This document shows positions 53,481 through 54,868 of a stretch of DNA of 54,868 nucleotides, piece after piece. The notes beneath the pieces are model-generated. The model saw nothing but the letters and a program-made list of their open reading frames with translations, was not told the origin of the DNA and searched no databases. Made by a program: the position numbers and the translations under genes. The first letter of the stretch is position 1. The number at the start of each line of letters is the position of its first letter. The DNA comes from a virus (Duplodnaviria > Caudoviricetes), in the IMG/VR virus record IMGVR_UViG_3300003324_000142, positions 1 through 54,868 of that record; one strand, written 5' to 3'.

Positions 53481-53619
53481 CACGAATGCAAGCCGAGCAT
53501 CGCGCCGCACGGCTCAACGCGCGTCACCCCGGCACGTCCTACGCGGCCGCGCATATCAGCGCCACATGGTGCGTCGAGACGCACAGGGGCGGATGTGTGA
53601 CAGAGCGGCGATTTGAGCC

Positions 53620-53994
53620 ATGAGCGTGCCCGGATCGCCCGTCAGGGGCGGAATAAACCCGCACGGCCCCACAGGGGCGGAGCGATGCCACGCGACCGGC
53701 CGGCACGACTGGTCCAATTGGGGACCGTGGCGCCCGTTGCAGCCGGCTTGGCCGTGGATAGTGAGCGAGCCGTTGCCCAAACCGCCGTTGCCCCTAACGA
53801 TCCAAGCCAATCGGCACCGCCAGTGCGTCGACTGTGGCGCTGTGGAACGCGAGACGCACGACGGCAAGCGGCAGGTGATACATGACCCGTCCGGTGTGGA
53901 TCGATACATGCAGCCACGCGGCCAGGGGCGAAGCGATGCAACAGGCACCGGCACACGCCCACACAGATACATTGCTACAGCGAATCGTGTATAA
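53620..53994 (+). CDS. hypothetical protein
   Basis: ATGA-coupled ORF with C...HDW...CVDC. Confidence 0.45.
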   Translation: MSVPGSPVRGGINPHGPTGAERCHATGRHDWSNWGPWRPLQPAWPWIVSEPLPKPPLPLTIQANRHRQCVDCGAVERETHDGKRQVIHDPSGVDRYMQPRGQGRSDATGTGTRPHRYIATANRV

Positions 53995-54119
53995 CGACTA
54001 CACCGTTAACACAGGAGCGAAGCAATGACTAAGATAACCGCAGCCGAATGGCTGGACAAACAGACCGCCGAAGCGAAGGAACCGCTGTCGACGATCGCCG
54101 CTTAGGGCTGCGAACCTAA

Positions 54120-54153
54120 CTCGCCGCGGCTTTTGTCACGGCGGGTCTTTTTT
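54120..54153 (+). terminator. intrinsic terminator
   Basis: CTCGCCGCGGC-TTTT-GTCACGGCGGG followed by a T-run. Confidence 0.6.
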
Positions 54154-54223
54154 ATGTTGCATGATACGCCGCACCGGTCCATACGACTTACATGTTGGTC
54201 AGCATTGATCAGGGAGACGACGA

Positions 54224-54661
54224 ATGACCCAAGAGACCGTGAGCCAGCGGGCGAGAGATCGTGAGAAGGCATACAATCGCGCCATGATCCTCGAAGCGGA
54301 CGCAACCGGCGCCACCACGCCAGGATATGCGCGCCGAGCAGCGTTGCGTGCCATGGAGGCGTGGGAGCGCTCCATCCTCTCCGAACACTCGGATGGCGTT
54401 GTTACCTGCCCGATCTGCGGTGATGATAATTCACCGTGTAAGGTGTGCAACGGCCATGGGTTCCTGACAACGGAGGAAGCTGCCGGTTGGCTACTTGCGC
54501 AGCGGGATGTCTCCGAACACGACAGCCGTGTGAAGGAGCTGGAGGCACTTTTAGCCGAGTGCTGCACAATCCTTAAAGCAGCGGCGCGACCCGGCGAACG
54601 TCCGAGTCTCTTAGTCCGGGTTGAAGCCGCCCTCAACGGAGGCTCCGATGCAGGAGAGTGA
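54224..54661 (+). CDS. hypothetical protein with a Zn finger
   Basis: AGGGAG RBS. CPICG...CKVCNGHG. Confidence 0.7.
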   Translation: MTQETVSQRARDREKAYNRAMILEADATGATTPGYARRAALRAMEAWERSILSEHSDGVVTCPICGDDNSPCKVCNGHGFLTTEEAAGWLLAQRDVSEHDSRVKELEALLAECCTILKAAARPGERPSLLVRVEAALNGGSDAGE

Positions 54662-54868
54662 TATTGTAGACGAATTGTTGGCGTTATCTCGATCTGATGC
54701 GCCAGCGAAAACGCGCTCCCTTGCTCGTGCCGCGAAGAGTGAAATCACCCGCCTCCGCGCCCTCACGAACGATGCGAACGGATGGATCGTCGCCAATGCT
54801 GACGGAACACTCTGGCGGCGTTGGGATGCTGGCGGTCCCGAGTGGACAAGTCAGCGTACAGAGGCGGC
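54648..54868 (+). CDS. N-terminal part of a hypothetical protein continuing at position 3
   Basis: GGAGG RBS before ATG 54648. No stop before the window end. Confidence 0.7.
   Translation, partial: MQESDIVDELLALSRSDAPAKTRSLARAAKSEITRLRALTNDANGWIVANADGTLWRRWDAGGPEWTSQRTEA

Overview
The window appears to be an essentially complete, circularly permuted ~54.9 kb tailed dsDNA phage genome (siphovirus-type, GC-rich, probably infecting an alphaproteobacterium such as a sphingomonad; the host is inferred only). The last ORF continues into the first ORF across the ends. Modules: replication/recombination (RepB'-type primase-SF3 helicase, SF2 helicase with an intein, Cas4-like exonuclease, SSB, family B DNA polymerase split into two genes by an endonuclease), DNA metabolism (two-frame C5 methyltransferase, ASCH, VRR-NUC, Fic), lysis (GH108 endolysin, holin, spanins), a minus-strand virion operon (terS to tail fibres) and an early region of small ORFs with repeated promoter/RBS units. 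No integrase, tRNA or CRISPR array was seen. Most notable observations: (1) a shared N-terminal leader ending in G/A-F/Y on about 8-10 unrelated proteins (portal, scaffold, capsid, major tail, SSB and others), with two candidate phage peptidases, suggesting an undescribed leader-processing system; (2) two type II hammerhead ribozymes flanking a small ORF next to a PNK-like kinase; (3) an intein whose interior carries an endonuclease in another reading frame; (4) a split DNA polymerase; (5) a nested alternative-frame MTase subunit; (6) a C-terminal Hint domain on the tail tip protein, followed by a PhoD-bearing tail fibre; (7) a dif-like XerCD site beside an AT-rich repeat array. All product calls come from motif recognition by eye, not database searches. 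Several start codons were moved from the ORF track using RBS and overlap evidence.
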